Shown: positions 31,916 to 41,141, counted from the stretch's first letter. The stretch is DNA of 64,000 nt from Fimbriimonadales bacterium (GCA_038222255.1 JBBRHU010000001.1:8031-72030), one strand, 5' to 3'. A program made the numbers and translations. The notes: generated by a model not told the origin, from the letters alone.

Positions 31916-32905
31916 CTAAAGGTAATACGGAAGGCGTTCTTCAAAATACTTGACTGTCTTTTCCAAGCCAGCCTTGATGCTCGTGCGTGGAGCCCAGCCA
32001 GTTTCGGCCTTAAAAAGAGAGTCGTCTGAGTAATAATCGCCGATGTCAATCTTCTTTCGATCCTCCGGATATTCCCGAATCGAGTATTCCCCACCGGGAA
32101 CCACTTCCAGAAGGATATCAGCAAGCTGCTTAAGCGATAGGATCTCTAGCCCACCAAGGTTGTAGACCTTGCCGTTCGTGACATCAGAAGCCGCCGCAAG
32201 CAACAGAGCTTCAACGCAGTCCTCAACATAGGTGAAGTCTCGCAATTGATCGCCACCCCAGACCTCAAATGGCTTGCCGTGAAGAACCTGTTTGATCCAG
32301 ATACCAACGAACGTCTGGCGGGCGTCTTTGATTCTCATATGCGGCCCATAGGTATTCGTCAGTCGAATACACGTAGATCGCAGGTTATAGACGTTGCTAT
32401 AGAGAATGTGATAACCCTCTCCTGCCAGCTTGTTCACGCCATTTACATCAACTGGGTTCAGGGGATGTTTCTCGTCAACGGGAAGGTAGTTCGGTCGACC
32501 GTAGATTTGCCGCGTGCTCGCGTAGACTGTCCTTGCCTCGGGAGCGTACACTCGGAGGGCCTCAAGGATAGAGAGCTGGGCGGAGCAGTTGATCTCTAAG
32601 TCCGTGTAAGGATCGGACATTGAGTCCATATGGCTCGTCTGACCCGCGAGGTTAAAAACGTAGTCCTGACCTCTTACTAATTCACGAAAGCTATAAGGAT
32701 CGCGGACATCTGAGATATTGACTCGAACTTTATCCTTTATCGCTCGAATATTCTCAAGCGATCCGCCGTATTGAGGGATCAAACTGTCTACAAGGAGCAC
32801 ATTGGCTCCCAATTCGACCAAAACAGCGGCTAAGTTTGAACCAATAAATCCCAAACCACCAGTGATGAGAACATTTTTACGACTGTAGTTCTGGGTATGC
32901 GGCAT
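31916..32905 (-). CDS. NAD-dependent sugar epimerase/dehydratase
   Basis: TGGLGFIGSNL; NLAGQTSH; STRQIYG; RLTNTYGP. Confidence 0.88.
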   Translation of the reverse strand: MPHTQNYSRKNVLITGGLGFIGSNLAAVLVELGANVLLVDSLIPQYGGSLENIRAIKDKVRVNISDVRDPYSFRELVRGQDYVFNLAGQTSHMDSMSDPYTDLEINCSAQLSILEALRVYAPEARTVYASTRQIYGRPNYLPVDEKHPLNPVDVNGVNKLAGEGYHILYSNVYNLRSTCIRLTNTYGPHMRIKDARQTFVGIWIKQVLHGKPFEVWGGDQLRDFTYVEDCVEALLLAAASDVTNGKVYNLGGLEILSLKQLADILLEVVPGGEYSIREYPEDRKKIDIGDYYSDDSLFKAETGWAPRTSIKAGLEKTVKYFEERLPYYL

Positions 32906-33096
32906 TTACAATCCTTCAGCAATCTTAATTCATTGAGAATACGCCTTTTGAAGGGCTTGATAAATCTCAATGGTATCGGCGAACCAGCTAATCCACCGAC
33001 GAAGACGCCAAATTATACCTACAATTGAGAGCTTGCTCCGGGAACTGTATCCCGCGTTGTTCAAGATTTCTGGAGAAATGCGTTAAGGTATTCACA

Positions 33097-34086
33097 CTAA
33101 AACCTCACCCTTTCCAGGTCCTCGATGCTTGCCCGAAGGGCCCTTCGATCGTAGAGCTTGGTGGTTCGTGAGTCCGCATGTCCAGCAATCCACTGAGCCT
33201 TCTCCAGACTTCCTCCATTCTCAAGGAAATTTGTGATTCCGGTGGCTCTGAAACTGTGACATGAAAATTTTCCCACAATTCCACACCGACTTACGCGCCT
33301 CTGAACCATCGCATACACATCAGTTCTTTGCATCTTTTTGGATTCTAGGAGGCCCGTTCTGCCCCTCGCGGATCTAAACAGTGGTGCATCGTTAGCACTT
33401 TCGCCGAGCGCCACGACGTACGAATCCAAGAACTCTTCGAGCCTGTGATTACAAGGGATATCTCGCTGCATTCCGCCCTTTTCGTTCAACTGAAGGTAGG
33501 ATCGTCGACCCTGCGCATAGTAGTCCTTCATCTTCAATTTACAGACAGCTTCAACTCGGGCAAAGCTGAATGCCATGACGCCGATCAACGCTCGATCCCT
33601 CAGGTCAATAAGGAGTGTCGGATCAAAAGAAGCAAATAGAACCTGCATATCTTCGTGATCGAAGGCAGGGGTCTTCCCTTCTGACCGTGAGAACTTCTCC
33701 GTCCGAACTTCTCGCACGGGGTTCCGTTCGAGCACCCCCTTTTCAACCCACCAGGCAAACAGCCGCCTTAAGGCAGAAAAATGCCGCTTGACAGAGGGTG
33801 GCGAGAGTTCTTTACGAAGCACTTCTCTATAGGCGGCAAGATGAAGGGTCGATACTTGGTCGACCGCAAACCCTCGCTCGACACACCACTGAGAAAATCG
33901 AGTCACATCCCTCAGATAGCTCTCTCGTGTGTTGCGGTTGGTGATCTCCGCCGCAAAAAACTCGAAGAAGGTCTCCTGGGTTCTCCCACTCGACCTGAGA
34001 ATGATGGCCGGCCACACCACTTGACCCTCTCGGATGGGAAAAAGTTGTGCCGGTTCGGTCTCATCCATCATTTGCATCTTACCCAC
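33097..34086 (-). CDS. Tyrosine recombinase/integrase
   Basis: N-terminal core-binding region (TRESYLRDV). Catalytic R (FARV), K (EKGG), HxxR (HSFR), H (AGHA), Y (KLYD). True start may be an ATG at 34068-34077. Confidence 0.93.
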   Translation of the reverse strand: MGKMQMMDETEPAQLFPIREGQVVWPAIILRSSGRTQETFFEFFAAEITNRNTRESYLRDVTRFSQWCVERGFAVDQVSTLHLAAYREVLRKELSPPSVKRHFSALRRLFAWWVEKGVLERNPVREVRTEKFSRSEGKTPAFDHEDMQVLFASFDPTLLIDLRDRALIGVMAFSFARVEAVCKLKMKDYYAQGRRSYLQLNEKGGMQRDIPCNHRLEEFLDSYVVALGESANDAPLFRSARGRTGLLESKKMQRTDVYAMVQRRVSRCGIVGKFSCHSFRATGITNFLENGGSLEKAQWIAGHADSRTTKLYDRRALRASIEDLERVRF

Positions 34087-34112
34087 ACATAAAAGGGGTT
34101 ATGTGTGGGTAA
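34079..34112. other. Candidate recombination site (14-bp arms, 6-bp spacer)
   Basis: TTACCCACACATAA-AAGGGG-TTATGTGTGGGTAA: perfect inverted arms with a CATAA-N6-TTATG core, abutting the recombinase start. Confidence 0.75.
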
Positions 34113-34211
34113 TCAAGGCGTTCAAAGAAAGCTGGGTATCACTTCAAACGGTTCACCTATGGGAGGGGGTTCGCGCGCCTGCACTGACCCACCATTGGCA
34201 TTAGGCCAGCA

Positions 34212-35123
34212 TCAATCTTTGATCGAAGGCCAAAACTCGCGCGCAATTTCCGGGTCGGCGGTTATTCGCCAGTCGGTCTCCTTCTTGGCGTCAAACCACA
34301 CGATCGTGTCTAGGCGCGGCATCCCTGGTAGGGTAGCGAACATTTCCGCGATCCAGGTGGCGCGGTTACCGCCCTCCGGCGCGCAACCCATTTCCGCCAC
34401 CCAGACCGGTTGTGAGCCGAGGGCGGCGATGCGATCGTAGTAAGGACGCGCGATATCCTCGAACGACCGCCACCGGCTCCAGTGGCGGGCGGTACCCCAG
34501 TTGTAGACACTTAGACCCAACACATCCACCACGTCGCCCCCAGGGTAATAGCCTTCCATTCGGTTCTCGTCGGGCATGTCGCCCGCGTTGGGGTTCCAGA
34601 CCCAACGCACGTTCGTCGCGCCCTCCTGCTGGAAGATATGGTGGAGTCTGCGCCACGCGTCCACGTAAGCGCTTGGCTCGTGACCTCCGACGGGGGTGCT
34701 CCAGCCATGCCAAAAGCCGTTCGGTTCCGGGAGCGGGCATAGGTGGATGGTGCGCCCCCATTCGCGCGTACGCGCCGCCCACCGGCGCACGTAGTCGTCG
34801 TGCGCTCCCTGCGCAATGGTGGCAACGGAGAATTGATGTTGAAGGACTTGCCGGCCCGGCCTCCACGGCTCCCACTTGACCAGGACATCGCGGTCCCCAG
34901 CGGACTTTACCCAACGGGGCTGGAACTCCCGAGCTCTCCGCGGAAGCGGGAAGCCGGTGTCCCACCACTGGTACCACATAGCCACGTCAACGCGGCGGTG
35001 CAGGATCTTTTCGGCCCTGTCAAGATGCTTGCCGCTGGCCCAGAGGGGAAATGGCGGAAAGTAGCCACCGAAGCGAAGCGGTCTCCCTTGCAAGAAGTGT
35101 AGCGTTGCCAACCTTTGGATCAC
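34212..35123 (-). CDS. Glycoside hydrolase family 26-like protein
   Basis: WEPW; EPNG (acid/base); YVDAWRR; NVRWVWNPN; YYPGGDVVDVLG; WVAEMG (nucleophile). Visibly more GC-rich than the flanks. Confidence 0.82.
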   Translation of the reverse strand: MIQRLATLHFLQGRPLRFGGYFPPFPLWASGKHLDRAEKILHRRVDVAMWYQWWDTGFPLPRRAREFQPRWVKSAGDRDVLVKWEPWRPGRQVLQHQFSVATIAQGAHDDYVRRWAARTREWGRTIHLCPLPEPNGFWHGWSTPVGGHEPSAYVDAWRRLHHIFQQEGATNVRWVWNPNAGDMPDENRMEGYYPGGDVVDVLGLSVYNWGTARHWSRWRSFEDIARPYYDRIAALGSQPVWVAEMGCAPEGGNRATWIAEMFATLPGMPRLDTIVWFDAKKETDWRITADPEIAREFWPSIKD

Positions 35124-35142
35124 AATTTACCGTCGGGGTGTT

Positions 35143-35193
35143 TCACTTTGCAAATTATTTTGCGTAATTATCTGGGCGCTATTTGGCGTAACC
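35143..35193 (+). repeat. 51-bp repeat copy A (transposon-end-like)
   Basis: 46/51 identical to 37279-37329 by manual alignment. Confidence 0.85.
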
Positions 35194-35470
35194 TCTCGCG
35201 GTGGACCAACTGGCAACATTGTCAGAGGAGACCCGAGATCTCGCACTCGGGCGATTCCGCTTGTTGCAGCCGCACGTGGAAAATGACGTTACTTCCTGCA
35301 CGAACCAGGCTGCTTTCCCCCCTCAAGCAAATGTCGAAATTCTGCGATGCCCTCGCTAGCGCTGCATAATCCAAGATTTTTGGGAGAAGCAGCCTAAAAA
35401 CGAGGCTCTGTGACCGCCGTAGCGGGTCTTGTTCCGGTCCAATGACTCCCGAGACTTGGAAATTTCAACC

Positions 35471-35626
35471 AAACAGCGAAGCTGCCAGGCGAATCCGCAG
35501 TGCAGAACGGTGGGTACCGAGGCGAGAAGCGCCCGTCGGCAGCCGTAAAGAGCGAAGCGGGACCATTTACCTGTGGAGCGAAGCGGAATTGGCATCGGTC
35601 AGGCGTCCGGCGGCGGAGTGCTTCCG
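35471..35626 (+). repeat. 156-bp direct repeat, copy 1
   Basis: 144/156 identical, ungapped, to 38045-38200 by manual alignment. Confidence 0.92.
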
Positions 35627-35633
35627 AGAACCC

Positions 35634-36236
35634 TTAGCCTTTCGCAAATTCCCCAAGTCCTTTCGCGTAGTAGCGCCAGGGGCCGCCTTGCACCACCTCA
35701 CTCTCCTCAATGAGCGCAAAGCCGAGCCTTTCGACTAGGAGTGCAACCGCCGGTTTCCTTTCAAGAACAACTCCGACACATACGCGGACGCCCTGGCGCA
35801 CAAGCCAACTCTCGGCAAACCTGAATACCCTCACGAACAGGCCGATTCCTCGGCGTTCCTTCCACACAACCGCTCGCTCCGCTACAGCTATTGAGGCCTG
35901 ATCCGCGCCGTAGCGAGCACAGACCTTGCTATAGGGGTACCCATGGTCGCCGATGAACGGTCCATCCCTTCTCAAACTAAGACGAAGGGTAGCTGCGCAA
36001 ACGCCGCCGTCGTCAAGCGCGACCACAATTCTCGAGCGCCTATCCCGCTCGTCACCGAATGTCTTGACCGCATGATCTGCATAGCGCTCATCACCTTCTT
36101 CGAGAAAGAACACGTCGTAGCGCAAGCGCTGCGCCAGTAGGACTTCAGCCTCAGTCTCCGCGAATCCAATCCGAAAGGTTTGTCCGTTCAGCGTAAGGTT
36201 CTCAACTTCGCGCATGGGAATAGTATAAGAGAACAA
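35634..36236 (-). CDS. GNAT-fold N-acyltransferase (LuxI/FeeM/OlsB-like)
   Basis: AQRLRYDVF...E; DERD; ATLRL; RRGIG. Resembles acyl-ACP-dependent GNAT N-acyl synthases. Confidence 0.65.
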   Translation of the reverse strand: MFSYTIPMREVENLTLNGQTFRIGFAETEAEVLLAQRLRYDVFFLEEGDERYADHAVKTFGDERDRRSRIVVALDDGGVCAATLRLSLRRDGPFIGDHGYPYSKVCARYGADQASIAVAERAVVWKERRGIGLFVRVFRFAESWLVRQGVRVCVGVVLERKPAVALLVERLGFALIEESEVVQGGPWRYYAKGLGEFAKG

Positions 36237-36292
36237 CTGCCAATCTCGGGATTCGAGTTCAATCTCAACGCTAGATTTGTCAAACTCTGCGA

Positions 36293-37303
36293 ATGCGGTT
36301 TAGCTTCGGCGTGGAACACGAGCGGTTTTTGTCCCGCCGGAATGGAGATGCGCCCGGACTTGGCGACCTGAAGCGTCTTGCCCAGATACTAGAGAAGCGA
36401 GGATGGGATTCGCTCCCAGCGGGCGCCGCGTTTGACTTAGCCGGTCCTGCGGAAATTACCGGAACGCGACTCAAGACTGACTTTTGCACAAACCTATTAG
36501 AGGTTGTCCTGCCCCCCTTGTCTTCGCTCGATACCGCCAAGAACTTCCTGCTGAGCGCGTGGAGGGACGTTGAAGACTCGGCGGGCCAACTGGACCTCGT
36601 GGTATCTACATATTCGGCTCTCAGCCAAATGCCAACCAACGTTGTTTTTGCGCCTTCGTCTAGCGACAAAGACGGAGCCCGAATTAGTAAGACGCTCGGA
36701 CGGCCAATGCCTCGGTGCGGATGGGGGATTCCGGAGTATCCAGCAACGATTGCTGCCACGCATGTGCATATTGAATCGGATATCGCTGCTGATATTTCCT
36801 TGCTTCCTAGCCTGTACGCCGTCGAATACATGGTGCCCCTGTTATTTGGGAACAGCACCGATTGGCTAGGCAGGACCGCCCATTGTGTCCATCCGATGGT
36901 TTACCGATGGAATTACCGGCCAAGTCAATTGAACATCGGTTTCCCACGCAAGATTCCGACGTATGTTTCTGAAACCGATGCCTTGGACCGCGACTACTCA
37001 CTGATCGTGCCCCGGCGAGAATTCGGCACCCTAGAGTTCCGGTCAGCTTGCTCTCAGCCAACAATCGATCGAGTAATAAGCTTGGTCGCCTTTAGGTTGG
37101 CCGCCGTCCTGGCGGCGCGGGATGGACTAATCAGCCCGTTGGCGGGCATGCGCCAGCGCTTTTATAGGGTGGCCCTATCAGGACAATTCGAGCGCGAGCT
37201 AGTCGAAGAGCATTGGTCCATTCTCCTTGACTTTGCGGGCGCGCTGGGAATTGCAGACTATCTTAACCACAGTAGGTATCACTTTGCAAATTATCTGGCG
37301 TAA
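36293..37303 (+). CDS. Glutamate-cysteine ligase family (GCS2-like) carboxylate-amine ligase; C-terminus possibly truncated
   Basis: FGVEHE; LEV; ATHVHI; PRREFGTLEFR. The last codons and the stop lie inside repeat B. Confidence 0.7.
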   Translation: MRFSFGVEHERFLSRRNGDAPGLGDLKRLAQILEKRGWDSLPAGAAFDLAGPAEITGTRLKTDFCTNLLEVVLPPLSSLDTAKNFLLSAWRDVEDSAGQLDLVVSTYSALSQMPTNVVFAPSSSDKDGARISKTLGRPMPRCGWGIPEYPATIAATHVHIESDIAADISLLPSLYAVEYMVPLLFGNSTDWLGRTAHCVHPMVYRWNYRPSQLNIGFPRKIPTYVSETDALDRDYSLIVPRREFGTLEFRSACSQPTIDRVISLVAFRLAAVLAARDGLISPLAGMRQRFYRVALSGQFERELVEEHWSILLDFAGALGIADYLNHSRYHFANYLA

Positions 37304-37432
37304 ATATTTGCGCGCTATTTGGCGTAACCGGAGACGGGATTGGCTTCTGTTGAACCTACGAACGGATCCCGGCAGGACAACTTACGCCATTTAATTCGCA
37401 AATATTTATGCCGAGTATCTCGCAAAATGACA
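37277..37432. mobile_element. MITE-like element with imperfect ~50-bp terminal inverted repeats
   Basis: 37279-37327 versus the reverse complement of 37382-37430 is 36/49 identical. Ends read TATCACTTTGC and TGTCATTTTGC. No target-site duplication seen. Confidence 0.6.
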
Positions 37433-37896
37433 GACTTGCCTTGTCGATCAATCAAACCTGAGTCGATTTGAAGGGCGAGCACGTTCCTACTCCAGCCGTT
37501 CTCGGTCGTTTTTTGGGCATACCATAGCCTCTGCTCCCGCGTGGCAATCTTCTTAAGCAGGGCGAGATTGTGATACCAAGTGATTTGTGCAAGCGGCCCT
37601 TGCACAATTTCCTCTTCGGGCCAGGCCTCCGCAAACGACCTCATGTATTTCAGGTTTCGAGGTGAGAACCCCTTCATGGCCGGATATTCCGCCTTCAGGT
37701 CTTGAGCAAGCCTGTCAATGACCCGAGCGCCCCACCCCTCTTTGGTCTGCCGCTCCAGAATATCTCGTCCGATGCTCCAATACAGGAGAACCATTTCGCT
37801 GTTCACCGAAAGACTGGCACGCATCTGCGCATCTCGGATCCGGGCCTTAAGGCTCCCGAGAAGTTCGGCATATCCGGTCGGGACAATTTCGCTCAT
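37433..37896 (-). pseudogene. Truncated DUF1016/YhcG-family protein (N-terminal domain only)
   Basis: MSEIVPTGY...VNSEMVLLYWSIG...WGARVIDRLAQDL...GFSPRNLKYMR...ITWYHN...WSRNVL...RQGK. Family similarity stops at the MITE end; the PD-(D/E)XK domain is missing. Confidence 0.85.
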
Positions 37897-38044
37897 TCGT
37901 TTTCCGTCGGTCGGCGCGCGTTGCACTTGGCTCCATCCATATCTCAATTCCAGAACCGTTCCAAGTAGCTCTCCAGAAAAATTATGACGGGCTGAGTCGT
38001 CCTCGTTTTCGGATCCACTTCGGGTAGGGCCTCCGATTGCCGCA

Positions 38045-38200
38045 AAACAGCGAAGCTGGCGGTCGAATCCGGAGTGCGGAACGGTGGGTACCGAGGCGGG
38101 AAGCGCCTGTCGGCAGCCGTAAAGAGCGAAGCGGGACCATTTGCCTGTGGAGCGAAGCGGAATGGGCATCGGTCAGGCGTTCGCCGGCGGAGCGCTTCCG
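38045..38200 (+). repeat. 156-bp direct repeat, copy 2
   Basis: Matches 35471-35626. Confidence 0.92.
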
Positions 38201-38392
38201 CCTTGGGCGGAGACCGTTCATGCGAAGTGTTCGACTGGCGTCGAGCGTGGGATAGCACAACGAAAGCAGGTGAAGGACCATTCGCTCTTCGCGATCGCGG
38301 ACGCCCGTTAGGGAGGGGACCCGCGAAGTGGGGAGGGAGCGGAAAGATAAGTCGGTGACAATCACATGGTCTAGGAGTGGAATGCCCAGAAG

Positions 38393-38620
38393 TTAACCAG
38401 CCTCTTTGAGCGTCCGAGTTGCCTTCAGGTCTTCAGCGCTTGGGGCCGTTTGTCCTGACGGATGAATGTGGCAAAAAACCAGCGAAGTGGCCCAGCACGC
38501 TATTGCCCGCTGAATCACCTCTCTTGGGTGAACGAGGGCGCTGTTGGCCGTGCCGATGGACACGATTGAGTAGCTGATAATGGAGTTGCTGCTGTCGACG
38601 AGTCCGGAGACCTTGGTGCT
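38393..38620 (-). pseudogene. RadC/JAB-domain fragment
   Basis: VSIGTANSALVHPREV...HIHPSG...PSAED; stops before the usual LLDH motif and has no proper N-terminus. Confidence 0.78.
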
Positions 38621-38729
38621 CTCCCGATTACACCCTTGGCCACTGGAAATGACCAACCCGTTTCGTGAGCAGACCACTATGATGTTGGCGCATCGCGTGT
38701 GCTAACGTAGTTCCGTGTTAGAGAATCGT

Positions 38730-39812
38730 ATGGAACGAAAAAGGATCACGTACAGATCTCTCGATGCCTTGAGAGGCCTTGCGTGCCTTTGGGTTGTGCT
38801 GCTCCATAGCGAGGCAGCGCTCAGCGCCAAGGTCCATCTAGACGCCATCCCTGGTTTCACGCCATTCGCCAAACATGGGTGGCTTGGTGTACAGATTTTC
38901 TTCGTGATCAGCGGCTTTTGTATTGCTGCCTCGGCCATGCACAAGACTCCGAAGGAGTTTGCAAAGGCTCGCGCCCTGCGAATTTGCCCGCCTTACTTCG
39001 TGGCGCTTATAATCGGAGCAATCGTCGAGGCGATTGCGTATCGCGCCACCCAATCAGGGATCGCACACGGCGGAGTGGTCCATCTAGATATCCTTCACGA
39101 AGGCCCGCAATTCTGGATTTCGAACTTCCTGTTCCTCAACTTCTGGGACCATACTCATGTGCTTCTGAGTGTCGGTTGGTCGCTTGTCTACGAGGCTTGG
39201 TTTTACGTCGTTATGGGGCTGCTGCTTTTGCTACCCCTCGCCGCCGATAGGTCGAAATATCTTTGGGCTTGCCATGCGCTAACGCTAGCATGCGCTATTG
39301 GAATTGGCTTTGGGCTCCCATTTCCCGCAGACCTGTGGACGCAATTCGGGCTTGGAATATTACTTTTCGACCTGTTGTCCCGACCCCAAAACAAGGCCGT
39401 CGGGGCATTCGCCGTTGTTGTTTGTTTGGTTTGCCTGGCCCAGGGTCTCAGGATCTTCTCGCTCCCCGCCTATGAGCACCAACATAGCGGAGCAGCATGG
39501 TTTATGGTCGTCGCGACCTTTGTGGGGCTTTTCCTTATGCACCGCATCGACACAAAGATTTCAAGCACCAAGTTAATGACAAGACTTGGTCAGGTTGGCC
39601 TGTTCTCCTATAGCCTCTATTTGATTCACGGCATAGTTCTTCAACCAGTGAACTATGTTTTCTCGAAGCTGCCGGCAACGGGCTTGCTTGCCTATATCTT
39701 GCTCCCGAGCATGATAGCGGTCTGCGTTGGCGCAGGCTACGTCTTCTACCTCCTAGTTGAGAGCAAGAATCAGAACAAGCATCCAGGAGCAAAGGGGCAA
39801 AGTCGTTCGTGA
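38730..39812 (+). CDS. Acyltransferase family 3 (OafA-like)
   Basis: SLDALRGLA; GVQIFFVISGF; WSLVYE; SYSLYLIH. Confidence 0.9.
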   Translation: MERKRITYRSLDALRGLACLWVVLLHSEAALSAKVHLDAIPGFTPFAKHGWLGVQIFFVISGFCIAASAMHKTPKEFAKARALRICPPYFVALIIGAIVEAIAYRATQSGIAHGGVVHLDILHEGPQFWISNFLFLNFWDHTHVLLSVGWSLVYEAWFYVVMGLLLLLPLAADRSKYLWACHALTLACAIGIGFGLPFPADLWTQFGLGILLFDLLSRPQNKAVGAFAVVVCLVCLAQGLRIFSLPAYEHQHSGAAWFMVVATFVGLFLMHRIDTKISSTKLMTRLGQVGLFSYSLYLIHGIVLQPVNYVFSKLPATGLLAYILLPSMIAVCVGAGYVFYLLVESKNQNKHPGAKGQSRS

Positions 39813-39920
39813 TCTTCGAGGAGCATCCCGATGGGATCATGGTGAGACCTGCGATCGTCACTCCGATCGAGCGAGTTAAAGAAGCCCCAACTGAAGAAGC
39901 CTGATAACTCAGAGAGGAGT

Positions 39921-39936
39921 GTTCGGACATCCGAAC
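39921..39936. promoter_or_regulatory. Candidate parS site 1 (GTTCGGACATCCGAAC)
   Basis: One mismatch to the perfect palindromes at 49349 and 51715. Extended arms span 39916-39941. Lies between convergent genes, so it may also act as a terminator. Confidence 0.6.
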
Positions 39937-39968
39937 ACTCCCCATCCGTGGATTTGATTCGTCGAGGG

Positions 39969-41141
39969 CTATTTGCTGTTGAGCGCGACGATGTCGAGAA
40001 CCGCGTCCGCCACGTAGGCAATTTCCTCGTCGGAAATCTTCGTGCTGAGCGGAAGACTGATGATGCGATAGAAGTTCGCATCGGTGACCGGAACCGTGTC
40101 TCCAGTGAGCTGATACTTGTCTCGATAATAAGGGTGCAAGTGAATCGGAATGTAGTGAACCGAAACACCGATGTTGCGAGCCTTCAGCTCTTCGATGAAT
40201 TCGTCTCGCCCGATCCTAAGCTCATCTAGGTTCAACCTCAGCACATAGAGGTGCCACGAGCTTCGGACATCTGGCGACTCGTATGGGGTCTCGAGCGCGG
40301 CGCATCCAGCGAATCTAGCGCTGTAATAATCCGAAATGTGCTTTCTACGCGCATAGATTGCGTCCATCTTGCCGAGCTGCACCAAGCCCAATGCAGCCTG
40401 AATGTCGGTCATGTTGCACTTGTATCCGGCAGACACAACCTCATACTTCCAACTTCCGCCCTTTTGATATCGAGTGATGGCATCGCGGTTCATACCGTGC
40501 AATGAAAGCTCTTTGGCGATCTTGATCAACTCAGGGTCGCCTGTCAGCATCCCGCCCTCTGCGGTGGTCAAATTCTTCGTGGCGTAGAAGCTGAAGGAAG
40601 TAAGGTTTGGGCCGCTCCCAATAAATCGACCCTTGTAAGTCGCACCAACCGGGTGAGCGGCATCCTCAATGACAGGAATTCCGTGTGCGTCCGCAATCGC
40701 TTGAATGGCATCCATATCCGCCGGGTGGCCAGCATAGTGGACAGGCATGATCGCCTTGGTCTTGGATGTAATTGCAGCCTCGATCAATTTGGGATCCATG
40801 CACATCGTCTGGGGCTCGATGTCGATCAGGACCGGCTTGGCGTGAAGGTGTTCGATCACGTTGCATGTGGAGCAGAAGGTGTGAGCCACAGTGATGACTT
40901 CATCACCGCTACCAACGCCCAAAGTTGCGAGCGAGATGTGGAGTCCCGCGGTGCAAGAATTCAGTGCAAGACTAGCAGGCGAACCATAGGCTGCCGCAAA
41001 TGCCTCTTCGAACTTGCGAGTCTTTGGCCCGGTCGTTATCCAATCAGATTTTAGAGTCTCAACAACGGCTTCGATCTCTTCACTACCAATAGATGGAGGC
41101 GAAAATGGAATGTAATCTTCCCTGATTTTGAACGTAGGCAC
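39969..41141 (-). CDS. DegT-family aminotransferase (ArnB/PseC/PglE-like 4-aminotransferase)
   Basis: WITTGPK; NSCTAGLH; EDAAH; SFYATKNLTTAEGG; GYKCNMTDIQAA. Confidence 0.92.
   Translation of the reverse strand: MPTFKIREDYIPFSPPSIGSEEIEAVVETLKSDWITTGPKTRKFEEAFAAAYGSPASLALNSCTAGLHISLATLGVGSGDEVITVAHTFCSTCNVIEHLHAKPVLIDIEPQTMCMDPKLIEAAITSKTKAIMPVHYAGHPADMDAIQAIADAHGIPVIEDAAHPVGATYKGRFIGSGPNLTSFSFYATKNLTTAEGGMLTGDPELIKIAKELSLHGMNRDAITRYQKGGSWKYEVVSAGYKCNMTDIQAALGLVQLGKMDAIYARRKHISDYYSARFAGCAALETPYESPDVRSSWHLYVLRLNLDELRIGRDEFIEELKARNIGVSVHYIPIHLHPYYRDKYQLTGDTVPVTDANFYRIISLPLSTKISDEEIAYVADAVLDIVALNSK

Larger units (their letters stand above)
33097..38677. mobile_element. Decayed integrative/plasmid-derived island
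   Basis: Tyrosine recombinase plus candidate cognate site, internal repeats, GC-rich GH26 cargo, truncated DUF1016 and RadC genes; interrupts the glycan locus. Boundaries approximate. Confidence 0.7.

Noticed and set aside
34079-34112. Chromosomal dif site
   Set aside because: The arms are fully symmetric and lack the XerD-type TTATGTTAAAT arm; the site abuts its own recombinase.
35332-36295. Short similarity TGTCGAAATTCTGCGA (35332) versus TGTCAAACTCTGCGA (36278)
   Set aside because: Too short and gapped to distinguish from chance.
37897-38169. N-terminal extension of ORF 37315..38169, and ORFs 35356..35595 and 35442..35738
   Set aside because: These are largely translations of the 156-bp repeat; DUF1016 similarity begins at the ATG at 37896.
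33097-38677. Classical integron with attC cassettes
   Set aside because: The recombinase lacks a recognisable IntI-specific insertion, and I found no RYYYAAC...GTTRRRY attC structures.
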